54,764 nucleotides of DNA from an uncultured Gammaproteobacteria bacterium. GTDB lineage: Bacteria > Pseudomonadota > Gammaproteobacteria > Steroidobacterales > GCA-2729495. The translations under genes were made by a program, and so were the position numbers. The notes under the pieces are model-generated. The model ran no database searches, was not told the DNA's origin, and worked only from the letters and a program-made list of their open reading frames with translations. Each line of letters starts with the position of its first letter. The stretch's first letter is position 1. The DNA is taken from assembly GCA_937958785.1 (NCBI GenBank), contig CALGMY010000141.1:1-54764 (forward strand). Reading direction: 5' to 3'. Below, in pieces: positions 52,950 to 54,764 of the stretch.

Positions 52950-53728
52950 AGGTTGTTGTTCAGGTACTGGAGCATCTGGTCACTGGTCGAGATGGCCTTG
53001 GAGTTCATCTCGTAGGCGCGCTGGGTCTCGATCATGCTCACGAGTTCCTCGACCACGTTCACGTTGGAGCCCTCCAGGGAGCCCTGTTCCAGGGTGCCGA
53101 TGCCCTCGAGGCCCGGGTTGGCCACCTGGGGCGAGCCGCTGGCCGCGGTCTCCATGAAGAGGTTCTGGCCCTTCGGCTGCAGGCCCGCGGGGTTGATGAA
53201 GTCGGCGAGCTGCAGCGTGCCGAGGCTGGTGGGCGAGGTCTGCCCGGCCAGCGTGGCCTGCACCGTGCCGTCGAGGCCGATGGTGATGGACTGGGCGTCG
53301 CTCGGGATGGTGAGCGACGGCTGGATCTCGTAGCCGCTGGACGTGACCAGCCGGCCCTCCGAGTCGATCTTGAAGGACCCGTCCCGGGTGTAGGCCAGCG
53401 TGCCGTCCGGCTGCAGCACCTGGAAGAAGCCGCGGCCCTGGATCAGCACGTCCAGCGCATTGCCGGTCTGCTGGGCGGAGCCCTGGGTGAAGGTCTTCTC
53501 GGTGGCGACCACGCGCACGCCCGTGCCCGTGCTGAGGCCGGTCGGGCTCTCGGTGTTCTGGGAGGTGGCGCCGCCCGCCTGGGTGACGTTCTGGTACAGC
53601 AGGTCCTCGAACACGGCCCGGCCGCGCTTGAAGCCCGTGGTGTTCACGTTGGCCAGGTTGTTCGCGACCACCGACATGCGCGTCTGCTGCGCGTCGAGTC
53701 CGGTCTTGGCTACCCACAATGATTCCAT
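52946..53728 (-). CDS. flgG: Distal rod protein FlgG
   Basis: 260 aa. N-terminus [33 protein letters not shown]-terminus [37 protein letters not shown]. Confidence 0.97.
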   Translation of the reverse strand: MESLWVAKTGLDAQQTRMSVVANNLANVNTTGFKRGRAVFEDLLYQNVTQAGGATSQNTESPTGLSTGTGVRVVATEKTFTQGSAQQTGNALDVLIQGRGFFQVLQPDGTLAYTRDGSFKIDSEGRLVTSSGYEIQPSLTIPSDAQSITIGLDGTVQATLAGQTSPTSLGTLQLADFINPAGLQPKGQNLFMETAASGSPQVANPGLEGIGTLEQGSLEGSNVNVVEELVSMIETQRAYEMNSKAISTSDQMLQYLNNNL

Positions 53729-53750
53729 GGTCCTGTTCCTCGGTCAGTCG

Positions 53751-54494
53751 CTAGCCGTTGAGGCGGATGAGCCGCGAGTTGGCGGCGTCGAGTTCGTCGG
53801 CGGTGTTCATGGCCCGCACCTGCATCTCGTAGTGGCGGGACATCTCGATCATCTCGGCGAGGGCCTCGGCCGGGTTCACGTTGCTCGACTCGAGCTGGCC
53901 GCTGGCGATGCGCACGTTGGGGTCGGGTGGTGCCGTGCTGCCGTCGCGGAGGCTGAAGATGCCGTCGCCGCTCCGGACCAGGTCCAGGGCCGGCGGGTTC
54001 GCGAGCCGCAGCCGGTCCACCTGCACCAGCGTCTCGGCCGTCTGGCCCTGGGCGATGATGGAGATCTGGCCGTCGTCGCCGATGAAGACCTTCTCGTAGG
54101 GTGGCAGCGTCACCGGCCCCCCGTTGCCGAGCACCGGGTTGCCCGCGGCGGTCTCGAGGATGCCGTTGGGCCCGATCCGCAGGTTGCCGTTGCGGGTGTA
54201 GGCCTCGTTGCCGTCCGGCCCCTGCACCACGAGCCAGCCCTGGCCCTGCACCGCGACGTCCAGGTCGCGGCCCGTGGCCTGCATCTGGCCCTGGCGCGAG
54301 TTCCAGAGCTCCGGCTGCCGCACGGTGTTCACCCGGGTCGGCAGGCCGGTGCCATAGACCGGCGCGCTGTCCAGGACGTTGCGCAACGCGCGGAAGCCCG
54401 TCGTCGAGAGGTTCGCCAGGTTGTGGGCCGTGGTGGCCTGGCCGCGCATGGCCTCCCTGGCGCCGGACATGGCCACGTAGATGAGCTTGTCCAT
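53751..54494 (-). CDS. flgF: Proximal rod protein FlgF
   Basis: 247 aa. MDKLIYVAMSGAREAMRGQATTAHNLANLSTTGFR and LESSNVNPAEALAEMIEMSRHYEMQ. Confidence 0.95.
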   Translation of the reverse strand: MDKLIYVAMSGAREAMRGQATTAHNLANLSTTGFRALRNVLDSAPVYGTGLPTRVNTVRQPELWNSRQGQMQATGRDLDVAVQGQGWLVVQGPDGNEAYTRNGNLRIGPNGILETAAGNPVLGNGGPVTLPPYEKVFIGDDGQISIIAQGQTAETLVQVDRLRLANPPALDLVRSGDGIFSLRDGSTAPPDPNVRIASGQLESSNVNPAEALAEMIEMSRHYEMQVRAMNTADELDAANSRLIRLNG

Positions 54495-54518
54495 GGGGGG
54501 TTCACCCGGTCCTTACGA

Positions 54519-54764
54519 TTAGCGGATGTTGATGATCGTCTGGGTGATCGTGTCCTGCGTCGAGATCACCTGCGCGTTGGCCTGGAAGAGCCGCTGCGCC
54601 GTGATCAGCCGCACCAGCTGCTCGGTGAGGTCCACGTTGGACGACTCGAGTGCACCGGACTGGATCAGGCCGAAGTTCGACTCGGTGGCCTCGCCCCGCT
54701 GGGCGACGCCGGAGTTGAAGGTCTCCTGGAACGACGTGTCGCTGACCTTCTGCAGGCCTTCCGG
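54519..54764 (-). CDS. flgE: Flagellar hook protein FlgE, C-terminal fragment (gene continues beyond the window)
   Basis: Not in the ORF track because the start lies outside the window. My translation of the minus strand gives ...GLIQSGALESSNVDLTEQLVRLITAQRLFQANAQVISTQDTITQTIINIR, ending at a TAA (54519-21). Confidence 0.85.
   Translation of the reverse strand, partial: PEGLQKVSDTSFQETFNSGVAQRGEATESNFGLIQSGALESSNVDLTEQLVRLITAQRLFQANAQVISTQDTITQTIINIR

Overview
GC-rich, gammaproteobacterial-type chromosomal segment in two parts. Positions 1-17.6 kb hold mixed-strand accessory and metabolic genes: a membrane-anchored paraoxonase-like propeller, an MFS / Tat-secreted DUF1838-like / aldehyde dehydrogenase / MFS island, copZ-copA, a Tat-signal aldo-keto reductase, mazEF, a class-I glutamine amidotransferase, a divergent HxlR / cytochrome P460 pair, ybdL-yafV, an orphan sigma-54 activator and an HDOD-GGDEF cyclase. 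Positions 17.6-54.8 kb are a polar-flagellum regulon, entirely on the minus strand: flgE' FGHIJKL, fliC, flaG, fliD-S-T, fleS-R, fliE-K, fliL-R, flhB-A-F, fleN, fliA, motAB and a DUF2802 gene. I could read four sigma-54 promoters sharing one extended motif, one sigma-28 promoter for fliC, two terminator-like hairpins and a REP-like repeat family at five loci. No tRNA, rRNA, CRISPR array, IS element or integrase was seen. The main oddities are these. (1) A 733-aa chimeric ORF (PEP-CTERM-type module, RTX repeats, serine hydrolase) is inserted as an insulated unit between fliK and fliL. (2) The position where fleQ sits in Pseudomonas is occupied by a small PilZ-like ORF, and the only other sigma-54 activator is a receiver-less protein about 26 kb away, next to an HDOD-GGDEF gene. 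(3) There are no che genes between fliA and motA. Many long antisense or off-frame ORFs in the track are GC artefacts. Family assignments rest on motif recognition by eye, not on database searches.
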